This document shows, piece after piece, positions 19,297 through 29,320 of a DNA stretch of 64,000 nucleotides. Numbering within the stretch: the first letter of the stretch is position 1; every line of letters begins with the position of its first letter. Both the position numbers and the translations under genes were made by a program. The DNA comes from Patescibacteria group bacterium (GTDB taxonomy: Bacteria; Patescibacteriota; JAHJAL01). A model generated the notes under the pieces. The model saw only the letters and a program-made list of their open reading frames with translations. It had not been told where the DNA came from and ran no database searches. Where the stretch lies: NCBI GenBank assembly GCA_049322675.1, contig JBMORM010000009.1, positions 158,132 through 222,131 on the forward strand. Reading direction: 5' to 3'.

Positions 19297-20241
19297 GTGA
19301 AAAAGAAGAACGAAAAAAATAAGATGGTAAAAATTGTGGCGATTGGGGGACCGACCGCATCTGGCAAAACAGCCGCTTCTTTGAAATTGGCGCGCGAATT
19401 TAACGGGGCGATAATTTCTTGTGATTCCCGGCAAATATATCGGGAGTTGGATATCGCGACGGATAAAATTCCCTACTCCCTACCCTACCATGAACCGATT
19501 GATTTTGATGGGATTGATCATTATGGAATTAATATCGCTGAGGCAGATAAGACATTCACACTATACGACTGGCAAGTTTATGCCAATAAGGTGATTGAAA
19601 AAATCGTTAATGATGGCAAGGTGACATTCTTGGTCGGCGGGACCGGTTTGTATATTCAAGCGATTATCAATAATTATAGTCTGGAAAATGATTTTGACCC
19701 GAAGTTGCGGGAAGAGTTGAATGCTTTAACATTGACAGAACTTCAAGATCGATTGAAAAGTCTTGATCCGACTGCTCTTGAGAAGATAGATGGTAAAAAT
19801 CCTAGGCGGGTGATAAGAGCCGTTGAAAAATTAATAATTAATAATGAACAAGTGACAAAAATTAATAATGAAAAATTAATAATTAATAATTATTATTCGA
19901 TTGTTTTGGCCTTTGAGGCAGATAGAGAAGATATTAGAAAAAAGATCAAATTGAGAGTTGAAGAACATTTGAAAAAGGGAGTGATTGAGGAAGTTAAAAA
20001 ATTGGTGGAAAAATATGGGGCGGATAATCAGATTTTGAATTCGACAATTAGTATTCAGGAATATATTCCATATGTTTTAGGAAAGATTAGTTTGACGGAT
20101 GCAAAAAAACAGGTAGTAATAAATAACTATCAATACGCCAAGAGACAGATGACCTGGTTTAGGAAATATGGGAATACGGTTTTTTGCGACAATATTGAAC
20201 AGATGAGAAAAAATATTAAAGAATTTTTAAGTTATAATTGA
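19297..20241 (+). CDS. miaA: tRNA dimethylallyltransferase. The likely true start is 19324 (MVKIVAIGG).
   Basis: P-loop IVAIGGPTASGKT and the DSRQIYRELDIATDK motif. There is a low-complexity N/I-rich insertion. Confidence 0.9.
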   Translation: MKKKNEKNKMVKIVAIGGPTASGKTAASLKLAREFNGAIISCDSRQIYRELDIATDKIPYSLPYHEPIDFDGIDHYGINIAEADKTFTLYDWQVYANKVIEKIVNDGKVTFLVGGTGLYIQAIINNYSLENDFDPKLREELNALTLTELQDRLKSLDPTALEKIDGKNPRRVIRAVEKLIINNEQVTKINNEKLIINNYYSIVLAFEADREDIRKKIKLRVEEHLKKGVIEEVKKLVEKYGADNQILNSTISIQEYIPYVLGKISLTDAKKQVVINNYQYAKRQMTWFRKYGNTVFCDNIEQMRKNIKEFLSYN

Positions 20242-20289
20242 GTTACTACCCTATTATTTGTCAAAGGAGGCATTTTTTTAGGAGCAGAT

Positions 20290-20733
20290 ATGAAAGAGAA
20301 AAAAGAAGATTATTTGGACAATAGAAATGTGGATCAAGTTTCTTTGAATCGATTGGTTGAAAAAATCAGGGAACTTGAGAAAACAAACAATCTGCCGCCA
20401 ATTAGACCAAAAAGAGAGTATAAAGAAAAGATTTCGCTTTGGAATGATAAGGCCAAGGAAATAATAGCTCTAAAACAAGTGGTCGAGAGAAAGACTTTTT
20501 TTGTTGATCAAGGCATGGTTAGAAATATCAATGTTTACACTGACTGTATAGAGATTGAATATTTTAATCAGTTCAATGAGGTGGCAGTAGGAATACTAAA
20601 AAGAGATGATACTTGGAAGGAAAAAATTGAAATTGATAAATACAATATTATTTTTTCTGATTATAGCAAGGAAGATACTTATTTTGTCAGTAACAAGCCG
20701 GCAGAAATTGTCGGAGTAGTGGTTTTGGAGTAA
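20290..20733 (+). CDS. hypothetical protein (147 aa)
   Basis: ORF with an RBS (ggaggca) upstream. Confidence 0.45.
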   Translation: MKEKKEDYLDNRNVDQVSLNRLVEKIRELEKTNNLPPIRPKREYKEKISLWNDKAKEIIALKQVVERKTFFVDQGMVRNINVYTDCIEIEYFNQFNEVAVGILKRDDTWKEKIEIDKYNIIFSDYSKEDTYFVSNKPAEIVGVVVLE

Positions 20734-20752
20734 TCATTTTGAAAAATGCAAT

Positions 20753-21898
20753 ATGGTTTTTTGCGATAAATTTGGGACGATAAAAACAATGCTATCCGGG
20801 GATGATCGTCGATCAATTGGACAATCAAATAAAGTGGTAAAATCCGTTACCAAGCAAAAAGATTTTGATGAGTTGTTCATATTGATTTCTGATTCAGATC
20901 CCATGGTGGCGATGCGGGCGGCGGACGCGGTGGAAAAAATTACGGTCTATCATCCGGAATTTTTAGCTACTCATAAGAAAGAAATTTTAGAAAAACTGAT
21001 TAAAATAAAACAGCAGGAAGTCCGTTGGCACTTAGCCCAGATAATCCCTAGATTGAAATTGAGCGAGAGTGAAAGAAAAAAAATCTGGGATATTTTGATT
21101 GAATGGTATGAAGCGGAAAAAAGTAAGATTGTGCGGACTTTTGCATTGCAGGCTTTATTTGATTTGGCCGGAGATTCGTTGGAATGGTTGCATAAATTTA
21201 AATTATTGATCTCCAGAATCCCAGCAGGCACGCCGGTTTCGATAAAGGCGCGAGCGAAAAAAATTGGGGCTCTAATCGAAAAAAAGTTGGAAAAAATAAA
21301 TTTCCAATACTGGCAGGATGATTGGGGAACAGAAAAGGAAAAATGGCCGACTTCGGATTTTGCCCAAAAAACCTGGAAATATATCAATGACAAAAACTAT
21401 CGAACATTGCTGGATTTGGGTTGCGGCAATGGGCGAGACGCGGTCTTTTTTTATAACCACGGTTTGAAAGTAACGGCGGTGGATATTTCCAAAAACGGGA
21501 TCGAATCATTAATGAAGAAAAATAGTCTAATAAAGACAATACTTAAAAATATAAAGAATATCAGCTTTCCGAAAGAATCATTTGATGTTATCTATGCTCA
21601 TTTGAGCCTGCAATATTTTGATCCAAGAGAGAGCAAAATAATTTTTGATAAGTTGCATAATATTTTAACTCCCGGTGGGATGATTTTTGTGCGTTGCAAA
21701 TCAACTGACGATCCGAAATATGGCGAGGGGATGAATCTGGGCGGTAATATTTTTTTCAAAAGTCACTTACGACATTTTTTTACTGAAGAATTGATGAAGA
21801 AATTATTAAAAAAATTTAAAAATATTAAAATAGATAAAACGAGTCATATAAGGGATGGAAATGTTTCACGGTTTATTGAGGGAATTGGGGAGAAATAA
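20753..21898 (+). CDS. fusion protein: N-terminal HEAT/alkylation-repair-like helical repeat domain and C-terminal class I SAM-dependent methyltransferase
   Basis: Motif I LLDLGCGNGRDAVFF, an acidic loop VTAVDIS, and a post-I IYAHLSLQYF in the C-terminal half. The N-terminal ~190 aa are helical repeats. Confidence 0.55.
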   Translation: MVFCDKFGTIKTMLSGDDRRSIGQSNKVVKSVTKQKDFDELFILISDSDPMVAMRAADAVEKITVYHPEFLATHKKEILEKLIKIKQQEVRWHLAQIIPRLKLSESERKKIWDILIEWYEAEKSKIVRTFALQALFDLAGDSLEWLHKFKLLISRIPAGTPVSIKARAKKIGALIEKKLEKINFQYWQDDWGTEKEKWPTSDFAQKTWKYINDKNYRTLLDLGCGNGRDAVFFYNHGLKVTAVDISKNGIESLMKKNSLIKTILKNIKNISFPKESFDVIYAHLSLQYFDPRESKIIFDKLHNILTPGGMIFVRCKSTDDPKYGEGMNLGGNIFFKSHLRHFFTEELMKKLLKKFKNIKIDKTSHIRDGNVSRFIEGIGEK

Positions 21899-21923
21899 TT
21901 TCCAGTTTTTAATCGATACCGTA

Positions 21924-22036
21924 TGTCATCCTGGAACTGGAAGGTAATCCGCTCCAATATCCAGGATCCAGAAAAAAATATGGAGATGGATCCTGGATGT
22001 CGAATAGCGGTTACGCTTTCGGCTCCAGGATGACAG
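21924..22036. repeat. nested long palindrome / structured element downstream of the methyltransferase gene
   Basis: Outer 12-bp arms tgtcatcctgga/tccaggatgaca and inner perfect 12-bp arms atccaggatcca/tggatcctggat. Confidence 0.6.
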
Positions 22037-22116
22037 CATTTTGTTGTTAATTCTTTAGTTTTTAAGGGTTTTAGAGAGTTTTAAAGGGTTTATAAGAGTT
22101 TTTTCAAATTATTATT

Positions 22117-23868
22117 ATGTTCGATGAAGCAATAAATAAATATTTTTCTGAATTAGTTTTAGATAAAAACGGTGGGCAGTGGCGGGTGTGTCGGCTGTCT
22201 GGGCAAAAATTTTATGTCCGACCGGAGGATATCGCTTTTTATAAAAAAATTGGCGTGCCCCTCCCTACTCTGTGTTTGGATGAAAGATTGCGAAATAAAT
22301 TTGCATTTTCTTCGGCGCAGTTGTTTTATAATACTTCCGATAAAACCGGTAACAAGATTGTTTCGATGTATCCACCGAATAACAAGTATAAAATTTATGA
22401 ACATAAAATCTGGTTTTCGGATGAGTGGGATCCGATGGAATATCAGATTGACTATGATATCGATAATTCATTTTTTGAACAATTTGCCAAACTCATTATT
22501 CAAGTGCCAAGGTTTGCTTTATTCACTGACGAAAGTAATGAAAACTCAGATTTTACCAACAATTCGGTGCGGCTGAAAAATTGTTATTTGGTTTTAAATT
22601 CTTTAGATGGAGAAGATTGTTATTATACGCGAACTTTACTAAATTCGAAGAATTGTTTTGGCGGGACATTGCTTTTTAATTGTGACACTTGTTATGAATG
22701 CGCTCAGGCCTATGATAGTTACAATTGTTTTCTTGCTGAACACATAAAAAATTGCCGAGACAGTCGTTTTTTGTTTGACTGTCGCGGCTGTAGTGATTGT
22801 TTTATGTGTGCCAATCTGCGTAATAAACAATACTGTTTTGAAAATAAACAATTGACCAAAGAAGAATATTGGGACCGAATGAATGAGATTGATTTGGGAT
22901 CGTGGCAGGTTTTGCGTGAATGTCAAAAACAATTTGAGCAGATGAAAAAGACGGCTATTTATCGGCAAGATCATAATGAGAATGCAATCGATGCCGATGG
23001 AGATTATATTTTGAATTCAAAGAACATTCACCGTTCTTTTTATATTCTCAATTCGGAAAACATTGCTTATAGTAGTGGTTTTGCCGCTTATAAAGATTCA
23101 TTTGACACTTTGGGCGGAGGGGGTGGCGAACAATGTTATGAATTGGCGACAGTTTCGACCGAGGGAAATTATCGGGTCTTTTTTTCGTCTTTTATCAATC
23201 ATTCGACCAACCTGGAATACTGTGATAGTTGTTTTGATTGCCATGACTGTTTTGGCTGCGTGGGATTGCGTTACAAAAGTTTTTGCATTGGGAATAAACA
23301 ATATACCGAAAGTGAATATTGTAAAAAAGTGGATGAATTGAAAATTGGAATGTTGAAAAGGGGCGAATACGGGGAATTTTTTCCACCGAATATTTCGCCT
23401 TATCCTTATGAAGTGTCCGATGCGTTTATCTCTGGTCCGGAAGCTGGACAGACGGAAAATGCCAGAAAATTTGGTTATAATTTTCCGGAAAATAATCTTA
23501 GCGACCTTGAAAGTATTGATAAATCCGATCAAGAGATAATCAAGGCAACCGAGTTGATGGATAATATTGATGATATTGACGAGAAAATATTGAACAAGAT
23601 AGTTTTTGATGAGCAGAATCAGAAAAAATTTCGTTATATTTCCCAAGAGTTGTATTATCACAAGAAATATAATCTGGCGTTACCCAGGGAACATCCGGCA
23701 GTACGGCGTGAGCGAATTATGAACAGTGTTTTGCCATTGGGTTTTTGGATTTATGAGAATTTTGAAAGAAATTGTGATAGTTGTCAGAAAAAAATGACAA
23801 GCGTCTATAAACCGGATTTTGCCGGCAAGGTTTATTGTGAAACGTGCTATCAGAATAACGTCGTTTGA
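22117..23868 (+). CDS. cysteine-rich repeat protein (583 aa), putative metal-binding; function unknown
   Basis: Reiterated C-x2-C-x2-C / NC-x7-C-x2-C blocks (CDTCYECAQAYDSYNCF, CRGCSDCFMCANL, CDSCFDCHDCFGCVGL) and a C-terminal CDSCQ...CETCY ribbon. Confidence 0.6.
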   Translation: MFDEAINKYFSELVLDKNGGQWRVCRLSGQKFYVRPEDIAFYKKIGVPLPTLCLDERLRNKFAFSSAQLFYNTSDKTGNKIVSMYPPNNKYKIYEHKIWFSDEWDPMEYQIDYDIDNSFFEQFAKLIIQVPRFALFTDESNENSDFTNNSVRLKNCYLVLNSLDGEDCYYTRTLLNSKNCFGGTLLFNCDTCYECAQAYDSYNCFLAEHIKNCRDSRFLFDCRGCSDCFMCANLRNKQYCFENKQLTKEEYWDRMNEIDLGSWQVLRECQKQFEQMKKTAIYRQDHNENAIDADGDYILNSKNIHRSFYILNSENIAYSSGFAAYKDSFDTLGGGGGEQCYELATVSTEGNYRVFFSSFINHSTNLEYCDSCFDCHDCFGCVGLRYKSFCIGNKQYTESEYCKKVDELKIGMLKRGEYGEFFPPNISPYPYEVSDAFISGPEAGQTENARKFGYNFPENNLSDLESIDKSDQEIIKATELMDNIDDIDEKILNKIVFDEQNQKKFRYISQELYYHKKYNLALPREHPAVRRERIMNSVLPLGFWIYENFERNCDSCQKKMTSVYKPDFAGKVYCETCYQNNVV

Positions 23869-24073
23869 TTTTGATTTAAGATTTTTAGACGCTTGGCGCC
23901 AAGCAACTATTTATGCTTTTCTCGTTCTTGCAGTTTTTGATAATCGATTATTTCCGGTTTTCCAATCGCTTTCGATAGATGAATTACTTTGTTGTCTCCA
24001 AGAAATAATGTCAAATGCGCTCCCCAAGCGTTATTTTTGTTGTTGTATAACAAAATCTATCTGCCTTGATTGA

Positions 24074-24784
24074 TCATTGTTGGTACTCATTTAAAATATG
24101 ACTTACTAAATGAAAAGAATTTTTGGCAACTATCGGGAGAAATTTATTGAAATCTACTGATGCTTCTTCGTTGGCTTTGTCCGATATGGTTCTGATGATT
24201 AAAAATGGAATATCATTAACGGTGCAAACTTGTCCGACCGATGCTCCTTCCATTTCGACGGCATCGCCTTTTAATTCTTCGGTTAAGTATTTATTTTTAT
24301 TAATTTCTTTTTTAGTTAAAAAACTGTCCCCAGTCAATATTCTACCTTCATAAATTGTCTGTAATGATTTTGCCGATAAAGCAAGGGTTCGCAGATATTC
24401 ATCGGTTTCGAAAAATCGATAGTTGGTGTATGGTATGGCTCCCCTGGCGGAACCAAGTTCTCTGGCATCAAAATCATGCTGGACGCAATCTCTGGCTACA
24501 ACTATATCTCCAATATTATGTTCGATATTTAATCCGCCGGCTACTCCGGTAAAAATAATGGCTCGCGGATTGTAGGTATCGATCAACTTTTGAGTGGTAA
24601 GAGCAGCTAAGACTTTTCCCATGCCTGACTTAACGATGACGATATTTTTTTGGCAAAAACTGCCTTCGTAAAAAATAAATTCCTGCCAGTTTTTTATTTT
24701 TGGATTATCGAGATGTTTTATAAATTCATCAATTTCGGCATCGAGAGCTCCCATGATAGCAAAAATATTATTTGGATATTCCAT
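24074..24784 (-). CDS. mtnN: 5'-methylthioadenosine/S-adenosylhomocysteine nucleosidase
   Basis: IMGALDAEI at the N-terminus, FTGVAGGL, the AVEMEGA motif and the IRTISDKA tail. Confidence 0.9.
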   Translation of the reverse strand: MEYPNNIFAIMGALDAEIDEFIKHLDNPKIKNWQEFIFYEGSFCQKNIVIVKSGMGKVLAALTTQKLIDTYNPRAIIFTGVAGGLNIEHNIGDIVVARDCVQHDFDARELGSARGAIPYTNYRFFETDEYLRTLALSAKSLQTIYEGRILTGDSFLTKKEINKNKYLTEELKGDAVEMEGASVGQVCTVNDIPFLIIRTISDKANEEASVDFNKFLPIVAKNSFHLVSHILNEYQQ

Positions 24785-24868
24785 AAAAATTTTATCACTT
24801 TTGTTATCTAAAAAATCAGTAGCCTTTATTATTATATCAAGGCACGATAAACATTAGAGAGTTATTCC

Positions 24869-24925
24869 CAAATTTCTAATTTTTAATTTCTAATTTCTAA
24901 ACATATTTAGAATTAGATATTAAAA
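24869..24925. repeat. heptamer palindrome (AATTTCTA units) in the mtnN upstream region
   Basis: aaatttctaatttttaatttctaatttctaaa is mirrored by tttagaattagat. Confidence 0.55.
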
Positions 24926-25005
24926 ATATTAATATTAATTTTAAAGACGGGTTAGTATAAAGCATCTTTCCTGCCTTTGCGGCGACATCGAATACCGGCA
25001 ATTGT

Positions 25006-25055
25006 ATCAAACAAAAAAACGCGATTGTGTTTTTTATCGCGTTTTTTTGTTTGAT
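25006..25055. terminator. perfect 20-bp-arm palindrome terminator downstream of the NUDIX gene
   Basis: atcaaacaaaaaaacgcgat / atcgcgtttttttgtttgat with a 10-nt loop. Confidence 0.7.
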
Positions 25056-25073
25056 GCTTAAATTTTTTGATCG

Positions 25074-25676
25074 TCAATTTTTTTCCTGGCTTAAATATAT
25101 TGCCCATGCAGCCAGAGCGTCTTGTTCGATTATTTTTCCTTCTCTAATCATGGCGGTTATTTCTTCCTTGGAGAACCAGAAATTTTCGATTTCTTCTTCG
25201 ATGTCGGAATCAAGATATGATTCTTCCAAACCGGTTCCTATATAGACATAGACCATGGCATCGGACCGACGATTGTTGATTAAAAATTTGCCGAGGAATT
25301 GAAGGTTATTGGCTTTGATTTTCGATTCTTCCATTAATTCTCGATTGGCTCCATTTTCAAAATTTTCATCGAGATTGATGGCGCCGCCGGGAAATTGAAA
25401 TAATTTTTGGTTAGGCGGATAAGCGTATTCGCGCTGCATTAATATTTTGCCATCTTCTCTTTTACAAATTACCGCTGCTACGTTGCTGATATTATCAAAT
25501 CTTAGATAATTTGTTTTGTCCCCGTTGGACAATTCTACTTCGTCCTCGATTAAAGTAATTCGAGGATGAGTAAATAATATTTTTGATGATAATTTATTCC
25601 ACATATTGATTTTTGTTTTTTTAATATTTTGTTTTATTAATCTTGTTATTGTACTAAATATCTTGACAAAAGGCAA
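25074..25676 (-). CDS. NUDIX hydrolase
   Basis: Nudix box GGAINLDENFENGANRELMEESKI (G-x5-E-x7-REUxEExGU). Confidence 0.8.
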   Translation of the reverse strand: MPFVKIFSTITRLIKQNIKKTKINMWNKLSSKILFTHPRITLIEDEVELSNGDKTNYLRFDNISNVAAVICKREDGKILMQREYAYPPNQKLFQFPGGAINLDENFENGANRELMEESKIKANNLQFLGKFLINNRRSDAMVYVYIGTGLEESYLDSDIEEEIENFWFSKEEITAMIREGKIIEQDALAAWAIYLSQEKN

Positions 25677-25743
25677 TATTATTGGGAAGTATTTGTTGAG
25701 AACGCGACTATAGGCTGATTATCAATGATTGATAAAATAATAA

Positions 25744-26286
25744 TTATTGAATATTTTTGACGAATTCTTCTAATTTCTTTTTGATTTCTCCTTGGTAGGT
25801 TTCGTTGGTTAATCTGGCCTTCATCATGGCTTCATCTTTGTTTTTTACATCTTCTGGAATAACAAGATTGATAGAAAAAGCGGTACATTGAACACACTTG
25901 TCTCCAATTATATCTTTTACTTTGGTAAAAACTGAATTGTAACCAAATTTGTCGTCTTTATTTTCGTCTTTGCTGCCGCAACAGGTGACAAAATAGAGAT
26001 TTTTTATTTCCTGATGATATTTTTTTAAAAATGATCGAAGCGGCGTAATCAGATTTCCCATCCAGATTGGTCCACATAAAATGATATTGTCGTAGTCGGC
26101 AATGTTGTGTTGAAGATTTTTGAGGCCGGTGGTTAGGTTTAGATTGGATAAAATCATTTGCCAGAAAAAGGCGTTGAAACTTGGCTCGATTTTTTCACAA
26201 TCGCATTGTAATTCTTGAGCGATTTTTTCGGCCAAGAATTTGTTGTTGGCAGTATGGGAATAATAGACAACGAGGTTTTTGGACAT
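25744..26286 (-). CDS. flavodoxin-like fold protein
   Basis: LVVYYSHTANNKF, a flavodoxin-type N-terminal phosphate-binding loop. Confidence 0.5.
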   Translation of the reverse strand: MSKNLVVYYSHTANNKFLAEKIAQELQCDCEKIEPSFNAFFWQMILSNLNLTTGLKNLQHNIADYDNIILCGPIWMGNLITPLRSFLKKYHQEIKNLYFVTCCGSKDENKDDKFGYNSVFTKVKDIIGDKCVQCTAFSINLVIPEDVKNKDEAMMKARLTNETYQGEIKKKLEEFVKNIQ

Positions 26287-26305
26287 GATTTTTGATGGTT
26301 ATTGA

Positions 26306-27004
26306 TTATTCATTAAAAATTTTTACATTTCCGATGGTTTGAATTTCCGATTTTGAATAAACTATCCCGGCTCCATCTGGAATAGCATAAATTGTTTTAT
26401 TTTTTAATTTCAACTCTTTGAACTCTTCCAATAGATTCATATTGTCATAATGGACTTCCACATAAATATTCTTCTTTACCAAATCCAAACCTTGGCAAAA
26501 TATAAATTTTTCATAGTCTTCATCAGGAGTACAAAAATACTCAGGTAATTGAATCAAAGCTCCCGCACTGGCTCCCATAATGATTCCGTCAAATTTTTTA
26601 ATGGAATCAATCAAATCTTTTTCTTTCAGTCTTTCGACTGTTTTATCAGGAAGACCACCAGTTAAAAAGATAATATCGGCTTGTGCAATTTTTTCTTTCA
26701 TGGTCTCTATGGAATCTTTGAAATAGTGTACTAATTCAATATTTTCATATTTAATCCCAAATTTTTGAAATTGATTGGCGATTATTTCAAAATATTCTCC
26801 ACCCCTTCCGCAATATTTATCATATTCTACAGAAGTAGGCATCATGGAATCATAATGAGAAAAGGCAATGACTGCAACTCGCATGCTTTCTTTAATGTAA
26901 CGTTTTAATCTATCGAATAAAACGCCTTCTGCGTAGTCATATGAACTTAATAATATATTTATATTGGTGGAAAGTTTTAATTTTTTATATTTTTCAATAC
27001 ACAT
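26306..27004 (-). CDS. peptidase S51 family (dipeptidase E/cyanophycinase-like)
   Basis: IIFLTGGLPDK...IIMGASAGALIQ, with the catalytic Ser in GASAGA. Confidence 0.6.
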   Translation of the reverse strand: MCIEKYKKLKLSTNINILLSSYDYAEGVLFDRLKRYIKESMRVAVIAFSHYDSMMPTSVEYDKYCGRGGEYFEIIANQFQKFGIKYENIELVHYFKDSIETMKEKIAQADIIFLTGGLPDKTVERLKEKDLIDSIKKFDGIIMGASAGALIQLPEYFCTPDEDYEKFIFCQGLDLVKKNIYVEVHYDNMNLLEEFKELKLKNKTIYAIPDGAGIVYSKSEIQTIGNVKIFNE

Positions 27005-27477
27005 TCTAACTCATTTAAATCAATATATTCTATGTTCAGGCCAATTTCTTTGGGAAGTTCTTGGGAAATAAATTCTCTTATGATATATATTTTTTTTGGA
27101 TTATAGTACCCTGAAAAACCTATCTCGGCCATAACCATTCCACCGTAGCCGACACAAAACATCATGTCACATTCTTCATTAAATTTTGAAGGTTGATTGG
27201 GCCATTTTTTACAAGAAATTATTTCTCCTAATTCAGTATTTAGATGCTTATCAAAATCATCATCCAACGGAACTATTTCGAATATTTTTTCGCCCTTATT
27301 TTTTAGATATTCTTTTCCCAATAATTCCAATAAAGAATTTTTGTCGGGAGTTAAAAGAATTTCAAAATTTGTCTTTGCAAAGATTTTAGCAACTTTTTTA
27401 AGATTATTTTTTCTTATTTCTAACTCTTCTTTTTTCAATTGAGGACATTGATTGGGTCCTATTATTCCTATTCTCAT
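26977..27477 (-). CDS. LOG/SLOG-like Rossmann-fold protein (TIGR00725-like), tentative
   Basis: MRIGIIGPN at the N-terminus and VGYGGMVMAEIG, which resembles the LOG PGGxGT motif. Confidence 0.35.
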   Translation of the reverse strand: MRIGIIGPNQCPQLKKEELEIRKNNLKKVAKIFAKTNFEILLTPDKNSLLELLGKEYLKNKGEKIFEIVPLDDDFDKHLNTELGEIISCKKWPNQPSKFNEECDMMFCVGYGGMVMAEIGFSGYYNPKKIYIIREFISQELPKEIGLNIEYIDLNELECVLKNIKN

Positions 27478-27878
27478 ATAAGTTTGTTGTTATTGACTAC
27501 CAATTCTTTAAAACCGGTATTTTCGTCCATGGTACGGGAAAAAATCAGATTTTTAATTTCTCCGATAACCACTTCGGCAGTTGTATAAATTGTACAACCT
27601 TCTTTCAAATGACCGCCAATCACATTTCCATCTTTGTCAGACAGCGAGATGTGCAGATGGCAACCATCGGTGGAAAATGTGCCGACCAAGGAAACGATTT
27701 CATATTTTTTGGTAAATGTTTTTATAATATTTTCATCGGCCATTCTGAGAGTTGCACAATTTAAACTTCCGACGCAAGTTAAAACCACACCGGCCTTGAT
27801 CTGATTTTCGCGGGCGAAATCTTCAAGGGATACTTTCAGGTCTTGGTTGGGTTGAAGTCTGATGGCGTAAATGTTCAT
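27474..27878 (-). CDS. PPC/DUF296 domain protein
   Basis: VVLTCVGSL...GTFSTDGCHLHISLSDKDGNVIGGHL, the conserved PPC-domain pattern. Confidence 0.6.
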   Translation of the reverse strand: MNIYAIRLQPNQDLKVSLEDFARENQIKAGVVLTCVGSLNCATLRMADENIIKTFTKKYEIVSLVGTFSTDGCHLHISLSDKDGNVIGGHLKEGCTIYTTAEVVIGEIKNLIFSRTMDENTGFKELVVNNNKLI

Positions 27879-27928
27879 AAAGAAACTATAAAAAATTATG
27901 AGGGGATATAATTATTTATTTGCTTTAA

Positions 27929-28813
27929 CTATTCTTTATTCGTCGAAACAAGATTGGCTAAATCTCCGACTACATTAATTAAATTCTGATTGGCGGGGAC
28001 GATGATTTTGGTGTTTTTTTCGAGGGAGTTTTGGAGGGTTTCCAATTTTCTTAACAGTTGGGCATTGCCAATAAAATATTTGTTGGCGGCTTCATTGACC
28101 AATCTGATTGCTTCCGCTTCACCTTCCGCTTGAAGAATTTGAGATTGTTTAATACCTTCGGCTTGTTTGATCTGGGCTCGTTTTTGACCATCGGCTTCTG
28201 TCTCGACGGCAGTGGCGTGGTCGATGGCGGCGATTTTGTCGTTGGCGGCTTTGACGATTTTGTTCATGTTTTCTTGAACGTCTTTGGGCGGTTCGATTTG
28301 TTTGAGCTCGGTGCGGACGATTTCAATTCCCCAATTGGTTGTTTCTTTGGTAAGAGTTTCGTAAAGTCCGCCATTGATGGTATTTCTCTCACTATTGGCT
28401 GATTTCAAAGTCAGGGTGCCGACAATATTGCGGAGGGTGGTTTTGGCCAAAGATACTATTTGTAAGTTTATATCGTTAACGTTGTATTGAGAATTTTTGA
28501 CACTCTCTTCATCGGGCTTTATTTTGAAGTAGATCTGCGAATCAACGGTGGCATTTAGATTGTCATTGGTAATCATTTCGCGCGGTCCGGATTCGGTCAT
28601 TTGTTCGGTGATATTTACTTGTATCATCCTTTCTATCCCAAAAGGAATAATCCAGTTTAATCCGGGATTGGCGAATCTATTATATTTACCCAAGCGTTCA
28701 ATCAATCCCCGATGAGTCGGGCGAACGATTTTGATGCCGGAAAAAAATAATATGATCAAAAAAAGCGCGCCGACTATCCATAAAATCGCGCTAACTCCGG
28801 TTGAGATGTCCAT
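27929..28813 (-). CDS. SPFH/band-7 (stomatin/prohibitin-like) membrane protein
   Basis: N-terminal transmembrane helix, an SPFH core, and a C-terminal coiled-coil (AQILQAEGEAEAIRL). Confidence 0.85.
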   Translation of the reverse strand: MDISTGVSAILWIVGALFLIILFFSGIKIVRPTHRGLIERLGKYNRFANPGLNWIIPFGIERMIQVNITEQMTESGPREMITNDNLNATVDSQIYFKIKPDEESVKNSQYNVNDINLQIVSLAKTTLRNIVGTLTLKSANSERNTINGGLYETLTKETTNWGIEIVRTELKQIEPPKDVQENMNKIVKAANDKIAAIDHATAVETEADGQKRAQIKQAEGIKQSQILQAEGEAEAIRLVNEAANKYFIGNAQLLRKLETLQNSLEKNTKIIVPANQNLINVVGDLANLVSTNKE

Positions 28814-28858
28814 AAAACCTCCAAATTATATTTATGATTACTTTATCACTGATATATA

Positions 28859-29320
28859 TTATTTTATTAAACGCAAAATTGCTTGTTCCAATTTATTTGG
28901 CTCATCTGTGCCTATTCGATATATTTCACCATTTTTTAATTTTATTTCGACGGCATCAAAACCGGAAACATTGTAAATCCAAATTTTAGGCCAAAACCAG
29001 ACTCTTATTCCCCAGCCATAATACCAATGATTTTTTACGGTTTTGACAGAGACTATGTTATCAAGCAAAAACTTTTTACGATAAATGCCGTAGCCAAATT
29101 TGAGGCGTAAATATTTTTCATCAACGATTACCTGGAGCGACACAAAGGAGGAAAGAATTAACAGAATTAATGCCATGATGGAGGTGACGAGAAGATTTGT
29201 GCCTGAATCTGGCGAGGGTGGCTCGGCGGCGGCCGTGACATAAACCCAGGCGAAAAACACCAGTACTGCTAGGGTAACAGCTATCATCAAGTAACTGATT
29301 TGAGTGTGTTTGTAGTTCAT
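28859..29320 (-). CDS. NfeD-like membrane protein (partner of SPFH), tentative
   Basis: Two N-terminal transmembrane helices plus a beta-rich C-terminus. It lies directly upstream of the SPFH gene in the same orientation. Confidence 0.45.
   Translation of the reverse strand: MNYKHTQISYLMIAVTLAVLVFFAWVYVTAAAEPPSPDSGTNLLVTSIMALILLILSSFVSLQVIVDEKYLRLKFGYGIYRKKFLLDNIVSVKTVKNHWYYGWGIRVWFWPKIWIYNVSGFDAVEIKLKNGEIYRIGTDEPNKLEQAILRLIK

Noticed and set aside
19176-19322. 49-codon basic ORF (MDNNEKNLKATKRERKRKKR...) upstream of miaA
   Set aside because: It is below the size threshold, low-complexity and Lys/Arg-rich, and lies in the MITE-flanked intergenic region. It has no supporting signal.
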